NCBI GenBank assembly: GCA_050916045.1
Contig: CP051526.1
Span: 3,168,001-3,232,000 of the forward strand
Direction of reading: 5' to 3'
Source of the DNA: Tepidisphaera sp.
Lineage (GTDB): Bacteria; Planctomycetota; Phycisphaerae; Phycisphaerales; UBA1924
Length of the DNA stretch: 64,000 bases
The stretch's first letter is position 1. Each line of letters opens with the position of its first letter. The notes under the pieces are model-generated. The model searched no databases and had not been told where the DNA came from. It saw only the letters and a program-made list of their open reading frames with translations. Below, piece after piece: positions 48,971 to 59,459 of this stretch. A program made the position numbers and the translations under genes.

Positions 48971-49299
48971 GTTGATAGCTCCGAGAACACCACGTCACTT
49001 GAACGTGGAGTCAGAGCAGAAAGTCGGCGGTCAAAGGCCCCGACTTTACGCGGATATGCGGAATGAGGCAAACACCCGATCTGCGGGTGACCGGCCGCCG
49101 CGAATTTTCAAATTCTGATGCTCTTGCGCCGGATTGCGGATGCAACCGCACCGATCCTGTGTACAAATATGTGTGTGCGGCCTCCGTCTTTTGCGGAGCT
49201 CGCGTTCTGAATCTGTTCGGGTGATCGATACGCGGTTTGTGGATTGAGGGTTCGCCTGCCGCTGACAACGACGCCTGGGTGCGTCGAGAGGAGTGAGAC

Positions 49300-51138
49300 T
49301 TGAGTTCGCAGTCCCAGCATTCACTCGCGTCGCGTGCCGTCATGACGGCTTGGGTGGTCCTTCCGATCGCCGGGCTTCTGGCCGCGGCGGGCACGACGGC
49401 GGATCCGATCACGACCGCCACGGACTTCTTCACGCCCGGTACGCAGCCGCTGGAGCACATCGAGTCGTTCGAGACCGCTCAGGTGTGCGCGTTCTGCCAC
49501 GGCGGGTACGAGTCCGAGGAAGAGCCGTACCGCCCGTGGGTCGGCAGCATGATGGGTCAGGCGACGCGCGACCCGGTCTTCCAGGCGGCGGTCGCGATCG
49601 CGAACCAGGACGCTCCCGGGTCGGGCGTTTCCTGCTTCCGGTGCCACGCTCCGATGGGCGAAGTCGAGGGCCGCGTGACTCCCGACGGTTCGGAACTGGT
49701 TGACTTCGACTTTGAGGGCATTTCCTGCATCATCTGCCACCGCATGGTGGACCCGGAATACAAGCCGGGCATCAGCCCCGCGGTCGACCAGTCGATCCTC
49801 GCCAATCTGCTCGAGCCTCCGGTGTCGGCGCACAACGCCGCGTGGGTCCTGGACCCCGAAGACCGCCGCCGCGGCCCCTTCGAGCTCACACCCCAAGCGA
49901 CATACCACCCGTGGATCGAGTCGCCGTTCCACCAGACCTCCAACCTCTGCGCGACCTGCCACGAGGTTTCGAACCCGGCGTTCAGCAAGCAGCCCGACGG
50001 CACCTACGCCCTCAACGCTTTCAATACGCCGCACCCCACGCAGAACAAGCTCGACATGTTCCCCGAGCAGCGGACCTACAGCGAGTGGAGCAAATCCGCT
50101 TTCGCGCTGGGCCCCATCGACATGGGCGGCCGTTTCGGCGGCAACAAGCTCGAAGTCAGCACCTGCCAGGACTGCCACATGCCCGATGCCAGCGGCACGG
50201 CCTGTGAGCCGTTCCTCGGCGGCGCCGTCCGCGAGGATCTGCCCAAGCACGGCTTCGCTGGCGCGAACACCTGGGTCCTCCGCGCGGTCAACAAGCTTTA
50301 TGACCAGAGCGAGACCGGCCTGGACGATGAGACGGTCGAAGCGTCGATCGCTCGCAACCTCGCGATGCTCAGCGCCGCCGCCGACGTCAACCTGTCGGTC
50401 GTCGACGGCCAGCTCCTTGTGCGTGTGGTGAATCAGACCGGTCACAAGCTGCCCACCGGCTATCCCGAAGGTCGCCGGATGTGGGTCAACGTCGTGTTCG
50501 AAGGTGCGGCCGGCCCCATCGCGGAGCGCGGAGCGTACAACTTCGACACGGCGACCCTGACCGAGGGTGACACAAAGGTCTACGAGGGCAAGATCGGGAT
50601 GGACGCGGCGACGGCCGCCATCAGCGGGCGTCCTGCGGGCCCCGGCTTCCACCTCGCCCTGAACAACACGTGGTTCTCCGACAACCGCATCCCGCCCCGC
50701 GGCTTTAACAACGCCGAGTTCGCGTCGGTGCAGGCCGCGCCGGTCAACTACACGTACGCCGACGGGCAGTACTGGGACGACACCAGCTACTCGATCCCGG
50801 CCGGGACGCGTCGCGTGGTGGTCAACCTGTACTACCAGACCTCCACCCGCGATTACATGGAGTTCCTCCGCGACGCCAACGTCACCAATCAGGCGGGCAT
50901 GGTCGTTTGGAACGAGTACGTCCGGTTCGGCAAGTCCGCGCCGCACCTCATGGTCCAGTCGACCATGCCGCTCTGCGTGGCTGATTTCAACCTCGACGGG
51001 TTCCTGGACTTCTTCGACTACGACGAGTTCGTCGGGGCATTCGAAGCCGGCACGCCCAACGCGGACATCAACGGCGACAACTTCCTGGACTTCTTCGACT
51101 ACGACGACTTCGTCGCGGCGTTCGAAGCCGGCTGCTGA
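49300..51138 (+). CDS. Secreted multiheme c-type cytochrome (5 CxxCH) with C-terminal GC-type dockerin
   Basis: CAFCH, CFRCH, CIICH, CATCH, CQDCH; GHKLPTGYPEGRR; ends ADFNLDGFLDFFDY...FEAGC. TTG after GAGGAG. Confidence 0.9.
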   Translation: MSSQSQHSLASRAVMTAWVVLPIAGLLAAAGTTADPITTATDFFTPGTQPLEHIESFETAQVCAFCHGGYESEEEPYRPWVGSMMGQATRDPVFQAAVAIANQDAPGSGVSCFRCHAPMGEVEGRVTPDGSELVDFDFEGISCIICHRMVDPEYKPGISPAVDQSILANLLEPPVSAHNAAWVLDPEDRRRGPFELTPQATYHPWIESPFHQTSNLCATCHEVSNPAFSKQPDGTYALNAFNTPHPTQNKLDMFPEQRTYSEWSKSAFALGPIDMGGRFGGNKLEVSTCQDCHMPDASGTACEPFLGGAVREDLPKHGFAGANTWVLRAVNKLYDQSETGLDDETVEASIARNLAMLSAAADVNLSVVDGQLLVRVVNQTGHKLPTGYPEGRRMWVNVVFEGAAGPIAERGAYNFDTATLTEGDTKVYEGKIGMDAATAAISGRPAGPGFHLALNNTWFSDNRIPPRGFNNAEFASVQAAPVNYTYADGQYWDDTSYSIPAGTRRVVVNLYYQTSTRDYMEFLRDANVTNQAGMVVWNEYVRFGKSAPHLMVQSTMPLCVADFNLDGFLDFFDYDEFVGAFEAGTPNADINGDNFLDFFDYDDFVAAFEAGC

Positions 51139-51161
51139 AGCCGCCCGCTGAAGCCGGCCGG

Positions 51162-51680
51162 TCAGAAGACCATGAAGACCGTCACGACGCCCGCTTGCAT
51201 CACCGCGAGCGAGCCCTTGACGAACACGGCCACCGCGCGGCCCGCCGCCGCGCCGGTGCCGGACTTGGCGGATTCCTTCCACGTCCGGCCCGCCACCCCG
51301 CGCTCGGCCAGCCCGGTCACAATCCCCGCGCCCGCGATCGCGCCGATCAGCGTGCCGACGATGGGCACCGGGATCAGCACCGTCCCGGCGATCGCGCCCG
51401 CGATGGACCCCACCAACGACCCGGCCATTCCCGATTTGCTCGCGCCAAACTTCCGGGCCCCCACCGCCGAGCTTCCGGTTTCGGCCACCTCGCCGAGCGC
51501 GGCCAGCGCCGCCACCGCGCCCACCACCCACCACGACATCGGCTGCGGATCCATCAGCGCCGTCGCCAGGACGGCTGCCAGGACCGTCAGCCACATGCCC
51601 GGCAAAAGCACCATCGTGAGCAGCGTGCCCACCCACGCCGCCAGCACCACCAGGATGATCCATGTCCATTCCACGTCCAA
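51162..51680 (-). CDS. DUF456 family membrane protein
   Basis: LPGMWL, GARKFGASK, IPVPIVGTLIG patterns. Confidence 0.8.
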   Translation of the reverse strand: MDVEWTWIILVVLAAWVGTLLTMVLLPGMWLTVLAAVLATALMDPQPMSWWVVGAVAALAALGEVAETGSSAVGARKFGASKSGMAGSLVGSIAGAIAGTVLIPVPIVGTLIGAIAGAGIVTGLAERGVAGRTWKESAKSGTGAAAGRAVAVFVKGSLAVMQAGVVTVFMVF

Positions 51681-51778
51681 CGTTATTCGGGAACCCCGCT
51701 CCCCGTTTTTGACCCGCTTCTCCGCCCCGCGCTTTCGAGCCGGGTGAATCGGCTATCCTGCCCCTTCGGAGAATCCCC

Positions 51779-52297
51779 GTGCACCCACTCTCTCGATTCA
51801 TCCTGGACGTCCCCGACTTTCCCAAGCCCGGGATCGTCTTCAAGGACTTCACGCCCCTGCTCGCCGACCCCGCCGGGCTCGCCAACGCGGTGGACCTGAT
51901 GGCCGCTCCGTTCCGCGACAAGCGGATCGACCACGTCATGGGTGCCGAGTCCCGCGGGTTCATCTTCGGCACGGCGATTGCCCGGGCTCTCTCCTGCGGC
52001 TTTGTCCCTGTTCGCAAGACGGGAAAGCTTCCTCGCGCGACGCACCGCGTCTCCTACCAGCTCGAATACGGCACCGACCAGCTCGAAGTGCACACCGACG
52101 CGGTCAAGCCCGGCCAGCGCGTCCTCCTCGTCGACGACCTGCTCGCCACCGGCGGCACGCTGGAAGCCTGCGCCGAGCTGGCCAAGCGTCTTGGAGCCAC
52201 GATCGTCGGCCTCACGGTCCTCATCGAACTCCCCGCGCTCCGCGGGCGCGACCGCCTGTCGGCTTTCGGCGAGGTTCACTCGGTCCTGACCTATTGA
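51779..52297 (+). CDS. apt: Adenine phosphoribosyltransferase
   Basis: PDFPKPGIVFKD, ESRGF, RKTGKLP, YQLEYG, VDDLLATGGT. Confidence 0.96.
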   Translation: MHPLSRFILDVPDFPKPGIVFKDFTPLLADPAGLANAVDLMAAPFRDKRIDHVMGAESRGFIFGTAIARALSCGFVPVRKTGKLPRATHRVSYQLEYGTDQLEVHTDAVKPGQRVLLVDDLLATGGTLEACAELAKRLGATIVGLTVLIELPALRGRDRLSAFGEVHSVLTY

Positions 52298-52304
52298 ACA
52301 GTTC

Positions 52305-53987
52305 GTGCGCCCACGAATGCCCTCCGACGCGCCGCTTCCATCCCCGACGCCCACTCCTCCCGCCGGCCCGGACCTCGGGGGCGCCCTCGCGGGCGCGATC
52401 CGCGTGGTCTTCGGGTTCACGCTTCTGTCGCGTTTCGCCGGCCTGGCCCGCGAGGTGCTGACGGCCCGCGTGCTCGGCGACACGATCTACGGGTCGGCGT
52501 TCGCGGCGGCGTTCATCGTGCCGAACCTTTTCCGGCGGCTTTTCGGCGAAGGGGCGCTTTCGGCGGCCTTTCTTCCCGAGTACACGCGTCTGAGCAAGTC
52601 CGACCCCGACCTTGCGGCGCGGCTGGCTTCGGTCGTCGTCGCGGCCCTGACCTTGGTGACCGGGACGCTCACGCTGATCCTGATGGGAATCCTGCTCGGA
52701 TGCCTGTGGGGCGGCGTGGGTGGGCCCGACTCGGCGCTTTCGATCAAGCTCACGATGGTGATGCTCCCGATGATGCCGATGGTGTGCATCACGGCGATCC
52801 TGGGCGGCATGCTCCAGTCGCACGGACGCTTCGCCGCGCCCGCGGCCGCTCCCATCCTCCTCAATGTGTTCATGATCGCGGGTGCGCTCACGCACTTCTT
52901 CCTCCCCGCATCAACGGTCGACCTCGCCCGCGAGCAAGCGGCGTACTGGATCGCGATCGGTGCGGTCGTCGCGAGCGTCGCGCAGATCGTCTGGTCGCTC
53001 GTGGCTCTGCGCCCTGTCGTCCGCTGGACGAGGGTCGTTTCGGGCGTGTCGGAGTCCTCCCGCACGGTGCTTCGCCGGTTCGGCCCGGTCGCGATCGGCC
53101 TTGGGGCGTTGCAGCTTTCGACGCTCGCCGATCAGGTGATCGCGATGTGGCCGATCTGGGTCGGGCCCACGATGTTCGGGCATCCGGTGCCTCTGGACGA
53201 GTCCTCCAACGCGATTCTGAGCAACACAAGCCGGTTCTATCAGTTCCCCCTCGGGGTTTTCGGGTTGGCGGTGGCGACAGCGGTCTTTCCCCTGCTTTCG
53301 CGGACGGCGGACAACCCGGCGCAGTTCGGCGACATGCTCCGCCGCGGCATCCGCGTGAGCTTGCTGATCGGGCTGCCCGCATCGATCGGCTTGTGGGCGG
53401 TCGCACCGGACCTGACGGCGGTGATGCTCGAGGGGGGATCGCTCGCGTTCTCGGCCGAGGGCGTGGATCGTGCGGCGGCGGTGCTTGTCGGCTTTGCCCC
53501 GGCGGTGTGGGCTTTCTCGCTGAACAACGTGCTCACGCGGGCTTTCTACGCCCGAGGCGATACGCGGACGCCGATGACGATCTCGCTGATCTCGGTCGCG
53601 GTCAGCCTGGGGCTGAACTTCGCGCTGATCTGGCCGCTTCGCGAAGCCGGGCTCGCGTGGGCCACGGCGATCTCGGGCGGGGTTCAGTTTCTGCTTCTGG
53701 TCTCGGCGCTCAAGCGGCGCGGGCTCCGGGTCTTTGATGCGCCGACCTTCAGGGGCTGCTTGCGCATCGCGATGGCCGCGGCGGGGATGACGATCGCGCT
53801 GGTCGCGCTCCGGATGGTCCTGCCAAGCCCGGCGACCTGGAGCGAGCACGCGGGCCGGCTCGCGGCGCTGGTCGCGGCGGGCGCGGGTTCGTTCGGTGTG
53901 CTCGCCCTGCTGGCCCGGCTGCCGGAGCTGCGCTGGCTTGCGGCCAAAGCACCGCCGGGCGGGGTCGGCGCGGCCTTCATGGAATAG
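52305..53987 (+). CDS. murJ: Lipid II flippase MurJ (MviN)
   Basis: LSRFAGLARE, PNLFRRLFGEGALSAAFLP, QFPLGVFG, RAFYARGDTRTP. Confidence 0.93.
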   Translation: MRPRMPSDAPLPSPTPTPPAGPDLGGALAGAIRVVFGFTLLSRFAGLAREVLTARVLGDTIYGSAFAAAFIVPNLFRRLFGEGALSAAFLPEYTRLSKSDPDLAARLASVVVAALTLVTGTLTLILMGILLGCLWGGVGGPDSALSIKLTMVMLPMMPMVCITAILGGMLQSHGRFAAPAAAPILLNVFMIAGALTHFFLPASTVDLAREQAAYWIAIGAVVASVAQIVWSLVALRPVVRWTRVVSGVSESSRTVLRRFGPVAIGLGALQLSTLADQVIAMWPIWVGPTMFGHPVPLDESSNAILSNTSRFYQFPLGVFGLAVATAVFPLLSRTADNPAQFGDMLRRGIRVSLLIGLPASIGLWAVAPDLTAVMLEGGSLAFSAEGVDRAAAVLVGFAPAVWAFSLNNVLTRAFYARGDTRTPMTISLISVAVSLGLNFALIWPLREAGLAWATAISGGVQFLLLVSALKRRGLRVFDAPTFRGCLRIAMAAAGMTIALVALRMVLPSPATWSEHAGRLAALVAAGAGSFGVLALLARLPELRWLAAKAPPGGVGAAFME

Positions 53988-54480
53988 GGGCGGGGTCCCG
54001 AGCTTCGAGGTGATCGAGGAACCCTCGGCACGATGCGACGATCATCTCGTACATCTTCGCGAATCCCTCCTGCCCGCCGTAGTACGGATCCGGAACCTCC
54101 CACGCCGATTCGTCCAGCCCCGTGAGAGCCGGATCAAACTCGCGCAGAAGCCGCACACGCTCGCGCGGAAGCCCCATCCGCCCCAAGGCACGCACGTTCG
54201 CGCGGTCCATGGCGAGAATCCACGTGAACCGTTCGGCGTCGGCGGCCGCGTCGAACTGTCGGGCCACGTGCTCGAGCCGCTCGCCGCGTTGAGCCATTTC
54301 CGCGAGCGTGCGCGGATCCGCTCCGCCGCCCACGTGCCACGAGCCTGTTCCGCACGAATCAACCCAGAGCTTTCCGTCAAGCCCTCGCTCGGAGATCATC
54401 CGAGCCAGCACGCCCTTGGCCATGGGCGAGCGGCAGATGTTGCCAAGGCACACCATCAACACCCCTGTCCGGGCCGTCAT
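53977..54480 (-). CDS. Low molecular weight protein-tyrosine phosphatase
   Basis: VCLGNICRSP, DSCGTGSWHVG, VPDPYYGG. Confidence 0.95.
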   Translation of the reverse strand: MTARTGVLMVCLGNICRSPMAKGVLARMISERGLDGKLWVDSCGTGSWHVGGGADPRTLAEMAQRGERLEHVARQFDAAADAERFTWILAMDRANVRALGRMGLPRERVRLLREFDPALTGLDESAWEVPDPYYGGQEGFAKMYEMIVASCRGFLDHLEARDPAPIP

Positions 54481-55367
54481 CGCGTCGCCTCCTCCGGGAT
54501 CTTCGAGAGCAGCATGGCCATGGCTTTGCCGAGCTCCGATCGTCCCCACGCGGGAAGACTCACCGTGCCCTCTTCACCCGGGCCGACGATCGTGGGAATG
54601 CCGCGAGCCCGCGCGACCCGCATCCACCACACGCGAGCGTGCGCCAGCGGCGAAGGCAGCGGGGCCGTGGGCATCATCATCGCGGCATCGACGCCGCAGA
54701 TCAGTTCCATCGGGGTGGCGCGAACCTCGGCGAGTTCGGCGGGCTTGCCAAGGCCGGCGACGAATCCGCGGGCGCGGTCCGAGTCGCCCGCGCCCTGCGG
54801 CACGACGAGGACGCCGCGGCGGCCCCGCCGCTCGAACAACCCCGCGCCGTCCGCGAGCGCGATGCCGTACATCGCGAGGAACGCATCGCAGCGTCCCGGC
54901 GGATCCGCCGGAGCACCGACCAGAAACACCGCGTCCGGATCAAAGCCGAGGCCCGCGCAGAGGGCCGACCGCGCGCGCGAACGGTCCGAGAGGAGCGCCT
55001 CGGCCTGGTCCCACCGCGACCCGGAGGTCATGTCCGTCAGCGGAAGATCAAGACCGACCGCGGCCGCCATCGCGCCGGGGGTCCAGACCACCGCACCGGC
55101 GAAGGGAGCGTGCGCCGCGAGATCGGCGACGACCCTTCGGATGGAACGCTGCGAAAGACCGTGGAGGCCAAGCGGGGCCGACCAGGAGCGCGCGATCGGC
55201 ACGCCGGCCGCTCGCAGACGCTCGACGGCTGGCGCCGGACCGAGGGCGATCGCAAGATCGAGGGGCCGCTGCCGCATCCAAGCGGCGCAGCAGAACGCCG
55301 CGGCGTCCGTCGCGGACTCGTTCCGCACGCCTTCCCACCAGCCCTCGATGAGGTGAACCGCTCGCAC
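54477..55367 (-). CDS. Hypothetical protein, possibly a degenerate GT-B glycosyltransferase
   Basis: Overlaps the PTP start (ATGA); LRAAGVP, ALCAGLGF and ARARGIPTIV echo GT4-like segments. Confidence 0.5.
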   Translation of the reverse strand: MRAVHLIEGWWEGVRNESATDAAAFCCAAWMRQRPLDLAIALGPAPAVERLRAAGVPIARSWSAPLGLHGLSQRSIRRVVADLAAHAPFAGAVVWTPGAMAAAVGLDLPLTDMTSGSRWDQAEALLSDRSRARSALCAGLGFDPDAVFLVGAPADPPGRCDAFLAMYGIALADGAGLFERRGRRGVLVVPQGAGDSDRARGFVAGLGKPAELAEVRATPMELICGVDAAMMMPTAPLPSPLAHARVWWMRVARARGIPTIVGPGEEGTVSLPAWGRSELGKAMAMLLSKIPEEATR

Positions 55368-55474
55368 GATGAACCATACCCGATCCGCCGGGAGCGGGCG
55401 AACGGGAGGAGCTTGGGTGTGGTGCTGGGGAGGAGCTTGGGGAGCGGGCTACAGACGCTCCGGACCGGGACGGG

Positions 55475-56167
55475 CTAGTCGTTGAAGGGCCCTTCGGGCT
55501 TCTTGAGCTCGTCCTTGCCCGCGGAATTGGTGCCCTCGTGGGTGTAGAAGAGCTGAGCGACGGCTTTGCCGAGTTCGGCGCCGAGCAAGCGGCTTGACTC
55601 CAGCCGCGCGCCGACGGTGGCCGGAGCCTGGGTCGCTTGCGGGTTGGGGGAGAGGCGGACCTGATGCCCGCGTTCATCCGCGGGCCAGATCCGCTTGTTG
55701 CTCTTGACGTCCATCACCTTGACGCGAGCGTACGCGAAGGGGCTGTACGTCTGGCCGTCCGGGGAGAGGCCAAAGTCCTCGACGACGATGTAGATCAGCA
55801 CGTCTGCTTTGACCGCTTGGCCGATCTCCACGATCGAGAGGCTAATGCCCGTGCGGTCGCTGGAGGAAGCCTGCATCGCGGCGCGATAATCGATCACGTC
55901 CGTGAGGCAATCTTCGCGGAGGAGGTACTTTTCCGCTGAGGCGGCGATCTCGCCGCGCACCGCGCGGGACGGCAGCCGGCTGTTCACATCGTCCACGAAG
56001 ACGACCGTCGCTTTCTGGGGGTCAAGCGTGTGCACCGCGTTGACCTTGCCCGGGCCGTGCACGATGTACGCGATGGGGCCGAGGACGTTGCAGCCGTGCA
56101 TCGCCGCGCCCGCGGCGATCAAGCCCGCCGCGCCCGCCACTTTCGTCAAGCTCAAGATCCGATTCAT
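55475..56167 (-). CDS. Hypothetical lipoprotein
   Basis: ATG 56167, signal ending MHGC; distantly similar in layout to the upstream gene. Confidence 0.75.
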   Translation of the reverse strand: MNRILSLTKVAGAAGLIAAGAAMHGCNVLGPIAYIVHGPGKVNAVHTLDPQKATVVFVDDVNSRLPSRAVRGEIAASAEKYLLREDCLTDVIDYRAAMQASSSDRTGISLSIVEIGQAVKADVLIYIVVEDFGLSPDGQTYSPFAYARVKVMDVKSNKRIWPADERGHQVRLSPNPQATQAPATVGARLESSRLLGAELGKAVAQLFYTHEGTNSAGKDELKKPEGPFND

Positions 56168-56223
56168 GCCCGGTGCTCCGATCGTGTGCGGCGGATCGCG
56201 GTTTCCCGCGGCCGCGTGCGGGG

Positions 56224-56904
56224 TCAATACTTCGCGTAGTACGGTTCTTCGTGCGTGTAGAACGCCCACGTCGTGCGGTCCACGAATCGCCGGATGAGCT
56301 CGGTGCTCACGACGTCGCCCGCGATCGCGTCGGGCCCTGCGCCCTTCGTGTCCGGGAATCGAACCGTCACCGCTTTGCGGAACGCGAACTCGTTGGGAAC
56401 CGGGCCCGTCAGGTCGAAGACGCCGAGCGTCCCGGCTGCTTCCCCGTCCCACGTGTACATGTTGCCGGGATCGTGCAAGCGGAAGTCGTCAAGCTCCACC
56501 ACGATCACACAGTCCACGCCGCCCAGACCCTTTCCAAGCTCCTCGGCGGACTTTGCGATCCACCCGGGGTTGTTCGCTGAGAAGGCCAGGCACTCGCGGA
56601 TGTCGGTGTACCCCGTCACGCCCGTGTCGTGCGCCGGATCGGCGAGCCGCTCCGTCACCCGCGCGATCAGGTAGAACTCCATCTGCGGGAACCGCGTGTG
56701 GAGCGAGGGATCCATCGCCACAAGCACGCCGATGGTCTTGCCCTTGAGACCGTCCCACTCCGGCGGCACCGTCTTCGTGCTGCTCCGCAGGTATGACTCG
56801 GTCATGCCCGACACAAGCTGACAGCCGCCGCACGACGCCGCCGCCGCAAGCAGAAGCGCGATGCCGACCCGAAACGCTTTGTTGGTGCCATTCATGGAGG
56901 TCAT
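56224..56904 (-). CDS. Hypothetical lipoprotein
   Basis: Signal ending CGGC; co-oriented with its neighbours. Confidence 0.75.
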   Translation of the reverse strand: MTSMNGTNKAFRVGIALLLAAAASCGGCQLVSGMTESYLRSSTKTVPPEWDGLKGKTIGVLVAMDPSLHTRFPQMEFYLIARVTERLADPAHDTGVTGYTDIRECLAFSANNPGWIAKSAEELGKGLGGVDCVIVVELDDFRLHDPGNMYTWDGEAAGTLGVFDLTGPVPNEFAFRKAVTVRFPDTKGAGPDAIAGDVVSTELIRRFVDRTTWAFYTHEEPYYAKY

Positions 56905-56958
56905 TCTGGGTTCTCGTTTGGTTCGGGCAGAGGTTCGTCGCCGGACCGGACTGGTAGG

Positions 56959-57432
56959 TTACCCGGGCCGGAAGGTCAGCATCATGTATCCCCACCCCGC
57001 CAAGACCAACATCACCAAGCCGATCGCGTGCCGGCCCCTGATCCCCGCCACCATCTTCGGAGCCACACGCGACCCCGTCACCGCCGTGTGAAGCCCGATC
57101 CAGAACAGCACCGCGGCAAGCACCGCCAGCACCGTCCCCGCCGGCTGCGCCACCAGCGCCAGATCCAGCCGCCCATGGGCCGCGTGCGTGAACGCCGTCG
57201 TCATCCCGCACGTCGGACACGGCTTGCCGTACGCCACCACCCACCCGCACGGCGGCAATCCGAGCTGCGTATGGGTCCCGTGGCCCGCCGGATCAGGGGA
57301 AAGGGTCGCGCCGACCGCCAGCGGAGCCAAAGCCGCCGCCGCCATGAAGCCGGACCACACCCGTTCGGGCCCCGACGCCCGACGGTTCCGCTCTTTTGCC
57401 AAAGGTGGGACCGCCACCGACGCCACAGCCAT
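56959..57432 (-). CDS. DUF2752 domain membrane protein
   Basis: GTHTQLGLPPC...PCPTCGMTTAF. Confidence 0.85.
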   Translation of the reverse strand: MAVASVAVPPLAKERNRRASGPERVWSGFMAAAALAPLAVGATLSPDPAGHGTHTQLGLPPCGWVVAYGKPCPTCGMTTAFTHAAHGRLDLALVAQPAGTVLAVLAAVLFWIGLHTAVTGSRVAPKMVAGIRGRHAIGLVMLVLAGWGYMMLTFRPG

Positions 57433-57464
57433 CCGGGAAGTCTATGCGCCGGCCGCCCGCGTCC

Positions 57465-59243
57465 CTACGCCGTCCGTCGGACCTGCTCCTGCACGACCTG
57501 AAGCCCGCCCGGGCCGTCGACATCCGCCGTCCGGGCACGCTCGGCCAGCCGGTGCACCTCGCCGACGCTTCCGACCCGCGAGAACACCCCCGGGAGCAGA
57601 ATCGCCCGAAGCGTCGGCCCGTCCACCGCCGACCGGTCGCTCGCGCACCCGAACCCGCTCCCCGCGTCGGACCGCACGTACTCGGCGACGAGGCGTTCCA
57701 GCGGTTCGCGGAGCCGACCGCCGGGACCCGTGATGACGAACCGATCGTCGCCGAGGTGGCCGACGAACACCGTACCACCCACCTCGCCCGTCGGCACCAT
57801 CGTCCTCTTGATCATCCCGGCAAGACGCTTGAGCAGGTCATCGCCGAGATCAAAGCCCATCCGGCGGTTGAACTCGGAGAATCGCTTGAGATCGATCATC
57901 GCCGCGTCGTAGACGGCGTGCCCCCCGTGCTCGGCGAGCTTGATCAGGGCCATCATGTGCTCATCGGCTTTGGCCCGAGACGGAAGCCCCGTGACCGGTG
58001 AGATCCGGTGGGCCACCTCGGAGACGACCGTCGCGGCGGCGGAAAGCAGATCCCCCACCGTCACGATCCCCGCGACCATCCCGCCGGTGGCGAGGATGAG
58101 CGGATCCGACCCGACCGCATCCACACGCGACGCCGCCGCTTCGAGAGCTTCCGCGACCGGCATCTCGGGATCAATGATGACGGTCTCGCGGGAGGCAACG
58201 GCTTCCACGGGCATGAACGACCGGTGGTCGCCCGCCGCTCGCAGAATCGCATCGCGCCCGCACCATCCCACGACCCGCCCCGGCTCGGTCAGCACGAACC
58301 CAGGCACCGAACGCTCACGGAGGAGCTGCGTCGCCGCGACCGACACCAGCGTCGAAGCCGAAAGCTCCGTCGACCGACGGGCGAACCTCGAAAGCGGCAC
58401 GCGACGCGGATCGCTCAGCGACCCGGCCGCGAGCTGCGCCCGCCGCTCACCAAGCCACGCTCGCACATCGGGCTCGATCCCGCGATCCACACCCCCCGGG
58501 CGCGCGAGATGAAACCCCTGTGCGTACACCACGCCCAAGTCCATGAGCGCCGCGAGTTCATCCCGCCGCTCTACCCCTTCCGCCAGCACGTTGACCCCGC
58601 TCAGACGGCCGAAGCTCACGAGGAACTTGACCATGTTGCGCTTGGCGCGGTCCGCGTCGATTCCCGTGATCAGATCACGATCCAGCTTGATCCAGTTCGG
58701 CCGGATCGCCATGATCCGGTTCAGCCCGCTCGTCCCCGCGCCCACGTCGTCCGCCGCGATCTCAAAGCCCAGGCTCCGAAGCTCTTCCGTCCGCGTCACG
58801 ATCACGTCCGTGTACGAGCTCTCGGACCGCTCCGTCACCTCGACCACGATCCGCGTCGGCGACAGGCCCGGCACCCGCGAGATCGACTTCATCAGGTCAT
58901 CCACCAGCCGGTCATCTGCGATCACCGCGGGGGACGTGTTGACGAAAAGCCTCGCCCCGTCCGGCACGCTCGCGAAACCCTCGATCGCGACATCCCGAGT
59001 GACCTTCTCCCCCTCCCACACCAACCCCACCCGCTCGATCTCGTCGAAAAGCTCGCCGGCGTGGCGGTACCCGGACTCCGCCATCGGCCGCGCCAACGCT
59101 TCCCGGCCCGCCACCTCGAGCCGCTGAAGATCCACGATCGGCTGGTACGCGGACGCGACAAGCCGCCCCTCGATGAGACGCCTTACGCGCTCGAGCGCCT
59201 TCGCATCAACCAAAGATTCATCCTGGCCGTGTCGCAAACGCAT
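57465..59243 (-). CDS. EAL-CBS-(degenerate GGDEF) c-di-GMP signalling protein
   Basis: YQPIVD, EALAR, FVN, EVTE, DDVGAG, IKLD, AEGVE, QGF; C-terminal DLKRFSEFN..GD..GHLGDDRF. Confidence 0.88.
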   Translation of the reverse strand: MRLRHGQDESLVDAKALERVRRLIEGRLVASAYQPIVDLQRLEVAGREALARPMAESGYRHAGELFDEIERVGLVWEGEKVTRDVAIEGFASVPDGARLFVNTSPAVIADDRLVDDLMKSISRVPGLSPTRIVVEVTERSESSYTDVIVTRTEELRSLGFEIAADDVGAGTSGLNRIMAIRPNWIKLDRDLITGIDADRAKRNMVKFLVSFGRLSGVNVLAEGVERRDELAALMDLGVVYAQGFHLARPGGVDRGIEPDVRAWLGERRAQLAAGSLSDPRRVPLSRFARRSTELSASTLVSVAATQLLRERSVPGFVLTEPGRVVGWCGRDAILRAAGDHRSFMPVEAVASRETVIIDPEMPVAEALEAAASRVDAVGSDPLILATGGMVAGIVTVGDLLSAAATVVSEVAHRISPVTGLPSRAKADEHMMALIKLAEHGGHAVYDAAMIDLKRFSEFNRRMGFDLGDDLLKRLAGMIKRTMVPTGEVGGTVFVGHLGDDRFVITGPGGRLREPLERLVAEYVRSDAGSGFGCASDRSAVDGPTLRAILLPGVFSRVGSVGEVHRLAERARTADVDGPGGLQVVQEQVRRTA

Positions 59244-59459
59244 CCAGAGCCTCTCTCAGTTCTCGGCCCGCGGTCAAACCACGGGCCGCCTGTGAAGAGG
59301 ACATCGGCGACGCTCCGACCGAACTTGCGCACCGGTGAGGTGGACCGGGAGATCACCCCTTCGGCCCGGGGCGAATGCGCGTGAAAGACCGTCTTTGCCG
59401 ACGCGGATCCTCGGCACTCGGACGTTCACCACGATTCGCGGACTCTGGCGGGCCAAAGC

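Noticed and set aside
49066..49105. c-di-GMP-I riboswitch suggested by GGCAAAC followed by a stem
   Set aside because: Lacks the GNRA tetraloop and the downstream GACGCAAA and second stem.
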